NCBI GenBank assembly: GCA_020137815.1
Contig: CM035361.1
Location: forward strand, 6,386,001-6,450,000
Direction of reading: 5' to 3'
Length of the DNA: 64,000 nt
From: Hormiphora californensis
Taxonomy: Eukaryota > Animalia > Ctenophora
Part shown: piece by piece, positions 1 to 35,853 of the stretch
Position numbering within the stretch: the first letter of the stretch is position 1
How the letters are laid out: every line of letters begins with the position of its first letter
Notes under the pieces: generated by a model
Database searches by the model: none
What the model saw: only the letters and a program-made list of their open reading frames with translations
What the model was told of the DNA's origin: nothing
Program-made: the position numbers and the translations under genes

Positions 1-3000
1 TTTCTGTGTTGTTGCTGTCCACATTTACTGCGACAGAAGGTAATGTTGAACCCGCGTATTATTGGGCCGTAGCCACTGCTAATTTGAAACAGTGTCTCGT
101 CTGACTATTTGAAACACTCGTACTGGCTTTTTGAAACATTGTGTCCCCTGTGTGGTAGCTTGTCTCGGGGGAGGCATACCACACAGTTGGCTCCATTGCA
201 ACCTATTCTCGCTCTGCGAAGAATAGGCTCCCGCCCCGTTGCTAGCAAGAACTCACGTGCACGCCATGTAAAGCACGTTTTCAACAAATTGCGCGCGACA
301 GACCGTCTTTTTAGACCTTTTTAGCTGACCTAGCACTACACAAACGTCAATTATCGCCTCATTTCGCATCGTGATGAATCGGCGGGTATTTTCCCATGCT
401 CACAAGGCCATGACGATTCACTCAGTACCTGCAGATTGTCCCAGGACCGAGTAGGAGCTTGCAGCCAGGTCTTTAAAGAATTGCTCATATTTAGCGTCAA
501 TTTTGACCCACTATTCCTCAAATGCTGATACTCGCGGGTATTTTTTGTAAAACTAGAGACAATTATCTGCCAGGAGCAACAAACGAGATGCAAATTGGTT
601 CAGTAGTTCCTTGCCGCCTGGTCTTTGAAAAAGTTTGCTCTAAAATCAATAACGGGGCGGAGGCCTGTTTGTGAGATCAATCTCGGTCGCTGCACGACCT
701 CGATCTCACTCAGACATCAATGTGGCCAAGAAGGAATGATGGACAGAGCGTGCGACCATGTCCGTGTGTTTGTCATCACACGCTACGTAAAAGCCTATTT
801 TACAAGCAGAATGTGGCAAATCCTGGCGCGCCCAGAGTGATGGCTCTCATTATCAGTTAGAGTTTTCCGGTTGATGGGCTGCCATTACTGCGCGTGCATT
901 CAGTTAGAGTTTCCCCTTATGCGACTACAAGCGGCGCTGTAAGGTAGACGATTACGGGGGCCCGAAGGAATCGCCCCTACCAGATGTCCGTACGCGATCC
1001 CGGACGTTTGGTTTGCGTATTGCATTTCATAATTCATTACACTTTCACCACACAAAAGGCTCATGCGCGTCACATGCGTGACACGCTCGTCTGTTTTGTG
1101 TGGTGTAAATGTAGTGAAATGCAATGCGCAAACCAAACGTCCGGGATCGCGTACGGGCATCTGGTAGGGGCGATTCCTTCGGGCCCCCGTAATCCCAGCT
1201 GTGTCATGGCATCCTAGCTTGGCAAGGTACTGCAATATAAAATAAGATTATTATGTCTCATTTCAGCGTGGAGTCCAGTGGTACTTAAAACATACATCCC
1301 ATTTGATCTGGAAAGCACCCCTCTTCAAATCAAAACCAGCTCTACTACCGGGAGTGACGAGCAGATTTGGGTGGACACATACACTGCAGATGAGAGTTAC
1401 ATTGGATCAGTGAGAGTGATATTTACCTCACCTATGAAATACTACATCAACTACTGCACCTATTCATGGACTACCCTCCTAGTACAACCACCAGAGGAAG
1501 TGAACAAGATGTGGACAATTCGAAAGACGGCCACCAACCTTACCATAGAGTGCAACGGGGTGGAGGTTCTGAACTACCAGTTCAGTGACAGTAGTGATAC
1601 TCGCTGTGTACCACGGTGGGGAGGAGATGCAGTGGAGAAGATACAATTTCACTCCGTGGACACTGCATCTGACAGCTACAGAGCAAAACCAACAGGTATT
1701 ATAAATTAGAAGCTAAAGAATACTGTTTTACTTAGTATTACTTAGTATTACCAGATCGATTTCGTATGATCATCATTTCATATTTCAGTATGGAGTCCAG
1801 TGGTACTTGAAACATACATCCCATTTGATCTGGAGAGCACCCCTCTTCAAATCAAAACCAGCTCTACTACCGGGAGTGGGGAGCAGATCGCGGTGAACAC
1901 ATACACTGCAGATGAGAGTCTGATTGGGGGGGCGGCGGTGAAGTTCGCCTCAACTATGAACTACTACATCACCTACTGCACCGGATCATGGACCTCCCTC
2001 CCAGTACAACCACCAGAGGAAGTGAACAAGATGTGGACAATTCGTAAGACGGCTACCAACCTCAGTATAGAGTGCAACGGGGTGGAGGTACTGCACTACC
2101 AGTTCAGTGACAGTAATGAGACTGACTGTGTATCAAAGTGGGGAGGAGATGTGGAGAAGATAAAATTTCACTCCTGGGACACTGCATCTGACAGCTACAG
2201 AGCAAAACCAACAGGTATTATAAATTAGAAGCTAAAGAATACTGTTTTACTTAGTATTACTTAGTATTACCAGATCGATTTCGGGTAAGTCGGAAGTCCG
2301 TTCCTCTCATGAGCGCTCATGAGTGTATCATGAGTGTGTCATGAGTGTATCATGAGTGTATCATGAGCGCTCATGAGACGTTTTTAGGTGTTTCAACGTC
2401 TCATGAGCGCTCATGAGTGTATCATGAGTGTATCATGAGTGTCTCATGAGCGCTCATGAGTGCTCATGAGACCTTGCTCATGAACGCTCATGAGACATAT
2501 GTCTCATCCCATCTCTGTTTCAATGTCTCATGAGCGCTCATGAGACGTTTTGACCTACATGTGCTCATGAGTGTATCATGAGACATGTCTCATGAGACAT
2601 ATGTCTCATGAGACGTTAGGGTTAGGGTTATGGTTGGGTTTAGGGTTGGGCTAGGGTTAGGGCTTTCCTTTAGGTCTAGGGACGGTAAGTCGGAAGAACC
2701 TGTCCGTTCCTCTCACGAGCGCTCATGAGTGTATCATGAGTGTGTCATGAGTGTATCATGAGTGTATCATGAGCGCTCATGAGACGTTTTTAGGTGTTTC
2801 AACGTCTCATGAGCGCTCATGAGTGTATCATGAGTGTGTCATGAGTGTATCATGAGCGCTCATGAGTGCTCATGAGACCTTGCTCATGAGCGCTCATGAG
2901 ACATATGTCTCATCCCATCTCTGTTTCAATGTCTCATGAGCGCTCATGAGACGTTTTGACCTACATGTGCTCATGAGTGTATCATGAGACATGTCTCATG

Positions 3001-4688
3001 AGACATATGTCTCATGAGACGTTAGGGTTAGGGTTATGGTTGGGTTTACGATTGGGCTAGGGTTAGGGTTATCCTTTAGGTCTAGAGACCCGTAGGGATA
3101 GGGTTAGGGTTGACCCATAGGTTTGGACCTAGCCCTACCCTCTACGGGTCCCTAGACCTAAAGGAAAGCCCTAACCCTAGCCCAACCCTAAACCCAACCA
3201 TAACCCTAACCCTAACGTCTCATGAGACATATGTCTCATGAGACATGTCTCATGATACACTCATGAGCACATGTAGGTCAAAACGTCTCATGAGCGCTCA
3301 TGAGACATTGAAACAGAGATGGGATGAGACATATGTCTCATGAGCGCTCATGAGCAAGGTCTCATGAGCACTCATGAGCGCTCATGAGACACTCATGATA
3401 CACTCATGATACACTCATGAGCGCTCATGAGACGTTGAAACACCTAAAAACGTCTCATGAGCGCTCATGATACACTCATGATACACTCATGACACACTCA
3501 TGATACACTCATGAGCGCTCATGAGAGGAACGGACAGGTTCTTCCGACTTACCCGATTTCGTATGATCATCATTTCATATTTCAGCGTGGAGTCCAGTGG
3601 TACTTGAAACATACATCCCATTTGATCTGGAGAGCACCCCTCTTCAAATCAAAACCAGCTCTACTACCGGGAGTGGGGAGATGATCTGGGTGAACACATA
3701 CACTGCAGATGAGAGTCTGATTGGGGGGGTGGCGGTGAAGTTCGCCTCAACTATGAACTACTACATCAACTACTGCACCGGATGGACCTCCCTCCCAGTA
3801 CAACCACCAGAGGAAGTGAATCAGATGTGGACAATTCGAAAGACGGCTACTGCCATCAGTATAGAGTGCAACGGGGTGGAGGTACTGAACTACCAGTTCA
3901 GTGACCAGTCCTGTGTATCAAAGTGGGGAGGAGATGTGGAGAAGATACAATTTTACTCCGGGGACACTGCATCTAAGGGCTACAGAGCAAAACCAACAGG
4001 TATAAACTAGAAGCAAATAAATACTGTATTGTTCATGTTGATATCTATCTAATCTAATCTAACTATATCTAATGCATTAATTTGACGGAAATGTGACACC
4101 CTATCGTCAGTGTGACGACGTGATCCGTCATTGTGACGACGTGATCCGTCAGTGTGACGGTGTGCGGACTCTAGTGCTACACTCTAAGTCTAAAGAGGAC
4201 TCTATATCTAAATTTAGATTTAGATAAAGAGTCCAAATAATTCTAAACTCTAGGAGGACTCTTTATCTAAAAAGTCTACACAGGGCGGACTCTTTATCTT
4301 AAAAGTCTAAACAAAGTGGACTCTATACTATATCTACATAAATCTAAATTAGATATAGAGTCCGCCTTTCGCTGCGAACTCGAGATTTCGGCCGTTAGGC
4401 CGGAAACGAGAGTTTGCTCTACCCCTATAAGATACTAATTTACATGATAATGGTGCACAGCCGTTATCAGCAGCAACTAAAATCTCCCAACACCATTTCA
4501 ATCCATTGCAGTGTGTCCCGGGTTTGTTGTAGTCGGTTCTGTGGAAGGAAGTTGGAGCGATACTGATCCCGGACAGACAGTGACCATTGAATGTCAGAAG
4601 AAGTACGTGCGAGATGGTAGCTCTGAGAGGACCTGTAATTCCGACGGAGAGTGGACCATTGATGCCCCACTCTGCAGTAGACAACTAG
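1..4688 (+). CDS. Secreted protein: signal peptide + 3 tandem ~140-aa beta-rich (ctenophore-type) domains + sushi/CCP domain; 5' truncated by the window
   Basis: Exons <1-39 (FSVLLLSTFTATE, identical to the signal exon at 18984), 1267-1695, 1789-2214, 3586-3999 (each phase 1-1, WSPVVL..PFDLESTPLQIKT..WTIRKT..IECNGVEVL..DTAS.SYRAKPT) and 4512-4688 (CPG..VTIEC..ERTC..GEW..PLC, a sushi motif). All introns are GT-AG. The 3' end is unresolved. Confidence 0.8.
187..729. mobile_element. Non-autonomous element whose two termini recur as an internally deleted ~70-80-bp form at ~10015-10093 and ~10163-10233 (opposite strand)
   Basis: TTGGCTCCATTGCAACCTATTCTCGCT... and ...GATCTCACTCAGACATCAATGTGGCCAA match the reverse complement of the short copies at ~10 kb. 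Confidence 0.5.
950..1194. mobile_element. Palindromic MITE, ~80-bp TIRs
   Basis: TTACGGGGGCCCGAAGGAATCGCC... pairs with ...GGCGATTCCTTCGGGCCCCCGTAA. The interior is also hairpin-like and the element is flanked by TA. Confidence 0.8.
2284..3553. mobile_element. Foldback DNA transposon (Merlin-like termini), with TCATGA-rich arms ending in telomere-like TTAGGG tracts
   Basis: Termini are GGTAAGTCGGAAG/CTTCCGACTTACC, with an 8-bp TSD CGATTTCG (2276-2283, 3554-3561). The empty site is visible in the paralogous intron at ~1757-1764. There are two direct ~400-bp arms and one inverted arm. Confidence 0.85.
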
Positions 4689-4734
4689 GTAAGCAGTTGC
4701 ATTGAAAGGTAAAGGGGAACTTTAGGTCTTGCGC

Positions 4735-4925
4735 ACCAATTGGCGCCAAATATTGGCGATGCACAATTGGCGCCAAATTAGCATCAAATTGGCGCTGATG
4801 GCGCCAACTTTTGGTGCCAATTGGCGACATCGCCAATTGGCGATGTGCAGGTGAGTGAAAAATAGTATGACCATCGCCATTGGCGCCAAGTTGATTTTCG
4901 TCACGTGGCGCCAATTGGCGATTTG
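4735..4925. repeat. TTGGCGCCAA-rich palindromic repeat (probable MITE remnant)
   Basis: About 10 copies or variants of the palindrome TTGGCGCCAA. Confidence 0.6.
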
Positions 4926-4965
4926 GTCTATTTCCCGCTTTAGTCTAGTTGGATACGTGATCCAC

Positions 4966-5161
4966 TGCAGCCTTTTATTGCAGCCTTTTATTGCAGCCTT
5001 TTATGACAGCCTTTTATTGCAGCCTTTTTTGCATTTTTTTATTGCAGCCTTTTTATTACAGCCTTTTATTGCAGCCTTTTATTGCAGCCTTTTTTGCATT
5101 TTTTTATTGCAGCCTTTTTATTACAGCCTTTTATTGCAGCCTTTTATTGCAGCCTTTTATT
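4966..5161. repeat. 14-bp minisatellite (GCAGCCTTTTTATT)n
   Basis: Tandem copies read directly. Confidence 0.9.
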
Positions 5162-5538
5162 AGGAGTGAAGTTCTACTCTGCACCTGCCAAGTTAGACTA
5201 ACATAGATATCTCTAGTCACTAGTGCTGCTGAACAGCAGGGAATTTCTTTAAAAATTATCTGAGTACCAAGATAATATTTATAAAATCCCTGCTGTTCTC
5301 TCTCAATCCACTCTATAATTACCAGGGAAGTTGAACGTCTGCTTGCTGTATAGATTCGTGGGTTAGGCAACTGGTCGGAATGATCTCCGTTTTCCCCCAT
5401 ACTCAGCTTCAGTTCAGATCTTACAGCTTCATCTGAGATAATCCCAGCTGATAGGGTCAATGCTCTGACCAATCAGAACTCGTTATTTAGGTCACGTGAC
5501 TGGTTATCAGCCAATCAGGGACCAGTATTCCCTGACAG

Positions 5539-6769
5539 ATCCTACGGCGCTTTGTAGATGGTTCTGTACTAGGAAGTTGGAACGATACTGATCCTGGATA
5601 TGATCTTTGACGGCGGCCATCGACTGTCAAAAGAAGCACGTGCGAGACGGAGAGTGGAACATTGATGCTCCTCTCTGCAGGAAACTTAGGTATTTTATCA
5701 GGTTTGGTACAAATTTGGGGATGGGTAATCCTTTGACCTTTAATCCTCTTATACTGTATTGTTGAAAATGGTGATCAGCTGCAACTAAAATCTCCCAACA
5801 CCACTTCAATCCATTGCAGTGTGTCCCGGGTTTTTTGTAGACGGTTCTGTGCTAGGAAGTTGGAACGATACTGATCCCGGACAGACAGTGACCATCAACT
5901 GTCAGAAGAAGCATGTTCTAGACGGTAGCTCTGAGAGGACCTGTAATTCCGACGGAGAGTGGAACATATTGACGCTCCTCTCTGCAGGAAACTGAGTAAG
6001 TTTGGCAGGTTCGGTACAAATTTGGGGATGGTTCAGGTTATGTAATATGGGATAGGAGATCAAAAATGTCGAAAAGTTGGGCAACTTTTCCTTAAGAATT
6101 TTAGTTGACAGAATTCCCCGTGTTCAGTATTTGTAAAACTGGGGCGATCGCAAATCGAGGGATCTGTTTTGTCTCTGTCTCTGTCTCTGTCTCTGTCTCT
6201 GTCTCTGTCTCTGTCTCTGTCTCTGTCTCTGTCTCTGTCTCTGTCTCTGTCTCTGTCTCTGTCTCTGTCTCTGTCTCTGTCTCTGTCTCTGTCTCTGTCT
6301 CTGTCTCTGTCTCTGTCTCTGTCTCTGTCTCTGTCTCTGTCTCTGTCTCTGTCTCTGTCTCTGTCTCTGTCTCTGTCTCTGTCTCTGTCTCTGTCTCTGT
6401 CTCTGTCTCTGTCTCTGTCTCTGTCTCTGTCTCTGTCTCTGTCTCTGTCTCTGTCTCTGTCTCTGTCTCTGTCTCTGTCTCTGTCTCTGTCTCTGTCTAT
6501 GTCTCTGTCTCTGTCTCTGTCTCTCTCTCTGTCTCTCTCTCTCTCTGTCTCTGCCTCTGTCTCTGTTTAGGTCACGTGACTGGTTATCAGCCAATCAGGG
6601 ACCAGTATTCCCTGACAGATCCTACGGCGCTTTGTAGATGGTTCTGTGCTAGGAAGTTGGAACGATACTGATCTTGGATATGATCTTGGACGGCGGCCAT
6701 CGACTGTCAAAAGAAGCACGTGCGAGACGGAGAGTGGAACATTGATGCTCCTCTCTGCAGGAAACTTAG
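5539..6769 (+). pseudogene. Three decayed sushi exons downstream of gene 1 (~5539-5689, 5820-5995, ~6619-6769)
   Basis: All three are homologous to exon 4512-4688. Exon 5820-5995 has a 2-nt insertion (TGGAACATATTGAC). The other two share an internal deletion and an adjacent MITE fragment, so they are duplicates of each other. Confidence 0.75.
6169..6565. repeat. (TCTCTG)n hexanucleotide microsatellite
   Basis: Read directly; it explains the VS/SL/QR ORFs. Confidence 0.97.
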
Positions 6770-6934
6770 GTATTTTATCAGGTTCGGTACAAATTTGGGG
6801 ATAGAACAACACCAGGTATTGCAATGATCCTTCATCCTAGCGTAGCATCTGTATAGTCTGATATTATTTCTCATTTGTATATTTCTCAATCCCCTAATTA
6901 TTTGAACTCCCGTAACTCAAGCACATATCTTTAG

Positions 6935-7390
6935 AGCACAAGTTTGGAAAGTACTGGAACTACAGCTGGCGACGAGATGAGTTCATCCGCAGTTGAAAGA
7001 TCATTACCAAGCCCTGTAGCTGAAATCAGTGAACATGAATGCAGATCCCGGCCATCTTACATCCCTGACGAGGTAATTCACCGTAGTTCCCATCCAATTC
7101 ATATTTTCGTCCCTTCCTCATTCAGTTTGAAATTCAGTGCAATTGTAGGACCGCTAGGCAGTCGTAATTGTCTGACTCACGTCTAACAAAAACTTACATT
7201 TCAGAGCAACTCTCAGATTTGTTTTGATTCTACTTCAAAGGATCCTGACTTCCAGCCAGTCCTCAGCATCGATGACACGAGCCAGGAGTCGGTCATGGAA
7301 GAAGCAAAGGGAACTGTCACAGTCGGCGATTTTCTTAAACTGGACCTCACTGACCTTGGCGGCAAGCTGACCAAGAGTAACGATGGTAAG
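6935..7390 (+). other. Two orphan, phase-0 coding-like exons (6935-7072, 7205-~7390), acidic and Ser-rich, product unknown
   Basis: Both are AG/GT bounded and open in the same frame (STSLESTG..YIPDE | SNSQICFD..GDFLKLDLTDLGGKL). Their phase does not fit the phase-1 sushi exons. Confidence 0.35.
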
Positions 7391-7752
7391 GTAGAACAAT
7401 AATACCCATCATAGCGCTGGCAAGCGCCCGGGGCCCAATCCTCCCTCCCCCAACCATTCTTCCCCTAAAAATATCCCTCTTCCAAGCAGTCTTCCTTCCA
7501 GTAAATGGAAATTCGAAATTACGAAAAAAAAAATTTTTGAAAATTTTTGAAAATTTTTGAAAATTCTGACAGCGCTACTATACTTATTGTCTGAAATCGG
7601 CAATTTCAACTTTGTTTTAGACAATCTTCCCGTTGTCCTACGAACTTGCCGCTTGGTAATTCGTGTTGCCTTGACACCTTGAGGCCTGAGGGAAATCATA
7701 CGACTCTTACTATATACTGCAGTTAGCGACAATCGAGAAAACAGACAGCATA

Positions 7753-9097
7753 GGGTAGACCGGGGTAATTTGGACGGTTTTGGCATTCAATTGGTATTTC
7801 AAGAGCCATTAATTTACTTAATCAATTAGTTAGCTACTCAATTTGTGCAACTGAACCTTTATCTTGAGCCTAAGAACAAATTTGAATCGAAAACATAACT
7901 TTTAATTAGCTAATTAACCTTGTTAATGAAGGTAAGTCGGAGTATTTTTGAACGCGAGACACGGGGCAATTTGGACTAGTGGCTTCTACACCAATCACAA
8001 TGTGCGCATTCAATCACGTGACCGCGACACACCACATTGCCCCAGCTGTAAATCTGCAATGTAAATCAGACCGAGGTTGGGGCTATTTGGGCAAACTTAG
8101 ATTGTAGCCACAGTTTTTGAGATATCGATTTCAAACTTTTCAGTCATCTAGTAATTTAGTATCCCATGCTATTCCTTTTTTCAAAATTAGTTAATTAAGT
8201 AGTAATTAGCCTAATTAACCAAAAAATTAAGTGTTCATCAGATCTATATCTATAGGGTGCATTTTCGAAAGCTCAGGATTAGCCTAGTTGACTAGAAAAA
8301 GATTTAATCTTATCCCAAATAGGGTTTTTGTGAAAATCGACATCAAAGATCAAAAAGCCACAAATAAAGCTACGGTTTTTAAAGGAATGATGTTTGTGTT
8401 TTCAGGTGCTTACATGTAAGGCCAGAAATTACTATTATGGGGATCCAGTCTATAATAAATCATGACAGTGACCGATTACCACTCAATGTATTAAGTTGGA
8501 TTGTCGAATGCCACACCATGGATTGACTTGTTACCTTGGCAACCAGAGAATTGGTTGTAAAATGCGCCTTTTTTTCTATTTTTTGGTCTATTTACTCAGT
8601 TTAAGCCATCTATATTGATTGAATAGGATAATTATGAAAGCAGGTTGTCTATGGTTACCATAGAAACGAGTATAATGGCGCCATGAGGCCAATTTGTCTT
8701 AACCAATTTGCCCCATGGGGCAATTTGGTCTAGTCCAAATTGCCCCATGGGGTAATCTGGATTATGACCGAATTGCCCCCGATTTTTTCGTCCGAATTGC
8801 CCCAAATTGTCCGAATTGCCCCGCTTCATTAAAATGCCAATTAGCTAATTAAATCGAAAGCTAATGTCATTTTGATGATGAAACTGGATAGAAAAGTATC
8901 ATTTTGTGAAATTCTGACCCTTAATTTAAATAATTATCATAATTAAGTTTACCGAAATAAAGTTTAACTTTAAAGTCGTCATTTTTCGTTATTTCACACT
9001 AAACACCACAATTTAAAAGTCCCATATAAATCACTAGTCCACATTGCCCCGTCCTGTGACCACATTGCCCCACCGTCCAAATTACCCCGGTCTACCC
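7753..9097. mobile_element. Non-autonomous Tc1/mariner(pogo)-like DNA transposon, 1.35 kb
   Basis: TIR GGGTAGACCGGGGTAATTTGGACGGT / ACCGTCCAAATTACCCCGGTCTACCC, with TA on both flanks and subterminal GGGGCAATTTGG repeats. No transposase ORF. Confidence 0.85.
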
Positions 9098-9714
9098 TAA
9101 CTCTTTTAAGCGACAGTGCTGTGTGTTCTCTCAAAACTCTTATTCTTAGTGAACAGCAGGGAAAAGAATTGGGGAGAGAAAGTGAGAGACAGGGTGCCCC
9201 CTTGAGAGAGATTATCTCGCGCGGCGCATTGGCACGTGCGGTTTGAGCGCTGGCAGGCTTTTACATGTTACTATCTTGCTCTCTCTCACTCACTAGCTGC
9301 ATTCTGATTGGCTGTTATCGATCACATGTGCGCAGTCACAGGCTATCCCTGTGCACTAGGACTTATCACGTGATCTTTCACGTGACCAGATGCTGTGATC
9401 CCCTGTCAGTTAAGAGTTTTAAAGAGTTTATACGTCGCTAAGTAGCGGCGCTTACCACCCAAGCTACGATTGCCTACAACTGCTACACAATTTCCAGGGT
9501 GTTTGACAGCACACGCAAGCGTGCACGCTCCCTGAAAGCGCCTAACAAAATCGCACAAAACCCCTCAAAACGGAGGATTCCTATCGGACAAATGCGCGTT
9601 TTGACCACATAGTGCCAGGGGTGATTTCTGACAGCTATTGACGTAGTCAGATGCAGTAGTGCCGACTTGATCCAAACACTTATCATTCATCTCTCTCTGT
9701 CTCTAGTGCAGCCA

Positions 9715-10262
9715 GTTGGTGGCGCAAGACCCCGGCCCCGTTCAGATCTGTCTGGCAGCGCCAGAACCCAAGTTGAAAGTGCGCTCAGATGGGGTTGGCG
9801 GCGTCGGAAGGTTCAGATACAGATCAGGTTGGCGGCGGCGCCAGATCCCGTTCAGATTCGATCAGGTCGGCGGCGCCAGACCCCGTTCAGATCAGGTTGG
9901 CGCCGCCAGAACCCGACCAGAACAGGTTGGCGGCGCCATGGACCCCGTTCAGTTCAGGTTGGCGGCGCCAGACTACGTTCAGATCAGGCTGGCTCCGCCA
10001 GACCCCGTCAGAACTTGGCCACATTGATGCCTAAGTGAGATCGATCTCACATCTCGCATCTCGCGGAGCGAGAATAGGTTGCAATGGAGCCAAGTTCAGA
10101 ACAGGTTGGCGGCGCCAGAATACGTTCAGATCAGGTTGGCGGCGCCAGACCCCGTTCAGAACTTGGCCACATTGATGCCTAAGTGAGATCGATCTCGCAT
10201 CTCGCGGAGCGAGAATAGGTTGCAATGGAGCCAAGTTCAGATCAGGTTAGCGGCGCCAGATC
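9715..10262. repeat. Degenerate GC-rich minisatellite (TTCAGATCAGGTTGGCGGCGCCAGACCCCG)n
   Basis: About 12 degenerate copies. Confidence 0.8.
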
Positions 10263-11001
10263 AGTTGGATATTCGCGCAATGTCAGACTTCGTGGGCCTT
10301 ATTTCCCTCTCTGGAGACATTTCAAAACACGTTTTATTTATTTGGAAGTCAGTCAGTTTAACTTCGGAAGTAAAATCAGGTAAAATAGCTGTTTATAATA
10401 ATACAGTACATATTAACAGCTATAAATAGCATAGGCATATAATAGCATCTTCATATTAGATATAATATAATAGCAAATGAGAATATTGCAGTTGCAGACT
10501 ATTCTCAGGGGGGTTCAGCCAGTTCACTGTAGACTCTACAGTAGAGACTCTACAGTAGAGTGCAGTAGGGCCCGGGATTGATCTATATCGAACCCCCACA
10601 GGGCGTGACAGCGACATAATTGGTTGCTGGAGCTTCTTTGGACTAATTTGGACTAATAAAAAACAAACTTCAAATACTGTGCAGGGAAATATCTTACTAT
10701 CAATTATCAGATCCCATAACGATCGTGTCACTGTATAAATGCACACTGTATTATGCTAAAATAAAAACAGTAAAAACCCGAGCCGAACAAAAAACCCAAA
10801 ATATTTCTGATTTCTGAATCTGGAAAAGTTATTAAAATGTTTCATACACGTGGAAAAATCAGACCAAAATCAGACCAAATCTTCGGATAGTGGATAATCA
10901 TCATGGTTTCATTTTTAGCATCATAGGAATTACTGCAACATGGGAAACTGCAACGCTGAGCAACCAAAAAATAAATCTGTATCAATAATCTATTTCCATA
11001 T

Positions 11002-11116
11002 CAGGAACCGACCGAAACAAGTGAATAACCAATCAGAGCTTGTTATTTAGCTCACGTAACTGGTTATCAATATCAGCCAATCAGGGACCAGTATTTCCTG
11101 ATTCGGTCGGTTCCTG
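11002..11116. mobile_element. hAT-like MITE (~110 bp), full-length copy; family has ~15 full or partial copies in the window
   Basis: TIR CAGGAACCGACCGAA/TTCGGTCGGTTCCTG, 8-bp TSD TTCCATAT. Other copies at ~5470, 6566, 13609, 15351, 21425, 27818, 34935, 37088, 40250, 42224, 42648, 46768, 56608, 57544 and 57852. Confidence 0.88.
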
Positions 11117-11254
11117 TTCCATATCCTAATCATGAAATGCAAAAAAGCTATTATAATAACTGTAAATAAAATAATTCTAACTTGCCCTAATCACATCATC
11201 TCAAAAAATCAGAAACCTAACTTCCGTGCCCCGCAACACACTCTCTTTCACAAA

Positions 11255-11567
11255 ATTCAGAGATCTGAATTCAGAGTCTCTCTCTCACAATTTAGAGATC
11301 CGAATTCAGAGTCCCTGATCTCTCACAATTCAGAGATCCGAATTCAGAGTCCCTCTCTCACAATTCAGAGATCCGAATTCAGAGTCTCTCTCTCACAATT
11401 CGAAGATCCGAATTCAGAGTCCCTCTCTCACAATTCGAAGATCCGAATTCAGAGTCCCTCTCTCACAATTCAGAGATCCGAATTCAGAGTCTCTCTCTCA
11501 CAATTCAGAGATCTGAATTCAGAGTCCCTCTCTCACAATTCGGAGATCTGAATTCAGAGTCCCTCTC

Positions 11568-11580
<13 letters not shown>
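11255..11580. repeat. 35-bp minisatellite seeded on the stop codon of the Ig gene
   Basis: (CACAATTCAGAGATCCGAATTCAGAGTCCCTCTCT)n; the rightmost unit supplies the terminal codons TCC GAA TTG TGA on the - strand. Confidence 0.85.
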
Positions 11581-34912
<23,332 letters not shown>

Positions 34913-35478
34913 CTGAATGGGAAACTGTGTTAGTAAACAACCAATCAGAACTCGTTATTTAGGTCACGTGACTGGTTATAAACCAATCAGGGACCAGTAT
35001 TTCCTGATACTTCTGGTACCACCTGAATGGGAATAACTGTGTTAATAACACCTAAATGGGATGGAGTAACTGTGTTAATAACACCTAAATGGGATGGAGT
35101 AACTGTGTTAATAACACCTAAATGGGATGGAGTAACTGTGTTAATAACACCTAAATGGGATGGAGTAACTGTGTTAATAACACCTAAATGGGATGGAACA
35201 GTGTTAGGAACAGTGTTAGATCGACAGTGTTACAGGATAGTAAAACAGATGACGGAACAAATAACAAAACAGATGACGGAACACTAGAACAGATATAACA
35301 TTAAAAGCTAATTATTTTAACTTTATTCCTCCAAATTTAATTTCTTTTCCAGTTTCTTTCTTTTTCAAATCAATAATTTGAGGGCCGCACGTATTGATGG
35401 TTATCGTACAAAAGGTTGGAAACTCAGTTTACGCAGATCGACACGCCGCCCTAAGTTAAGAGCGATCACGGAAGCATC

Positions 35479-35520
<42 letters not shown>

Positions 35521-35656
35521 CATATATCTGTATCTCTCAGATATCTATCTCTCTCTCTCTTTTTGCCCCGCCGCGTGGGTGTCTGTGGGAGTGGAATCGG
35601 GCAGCGATACTAAAATGTAGGTGAAGCACAAGCCAAGCATGTCCTGAAAGTAGAAG

Positions 35657-35749
<93 letters not shown>

Positions 35750-35853
35750 CTGAATCGGTTTTCCGCGGCACAATTCACTTTAAACCTGCAGAAAGTCAAT
35801 TTGATTTCGTTTACATTAGTGTGCAGTCCAGTTAATTAATTAATTAATTAGTA

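Noticed and set aside
6105-6671. VS/SL/QR dipeptide ORFs (and ER/LS ORFs at 18.2, 24.5, 35.6 and 63.5 kb)
   Set aside because: Microsatellite artefacts.
35545-35645. Possible upstream minus-strand exon of the Ig gene
   Set aside because: It has an acceptor but no Ig motif and no convincing phase-compatible donor.
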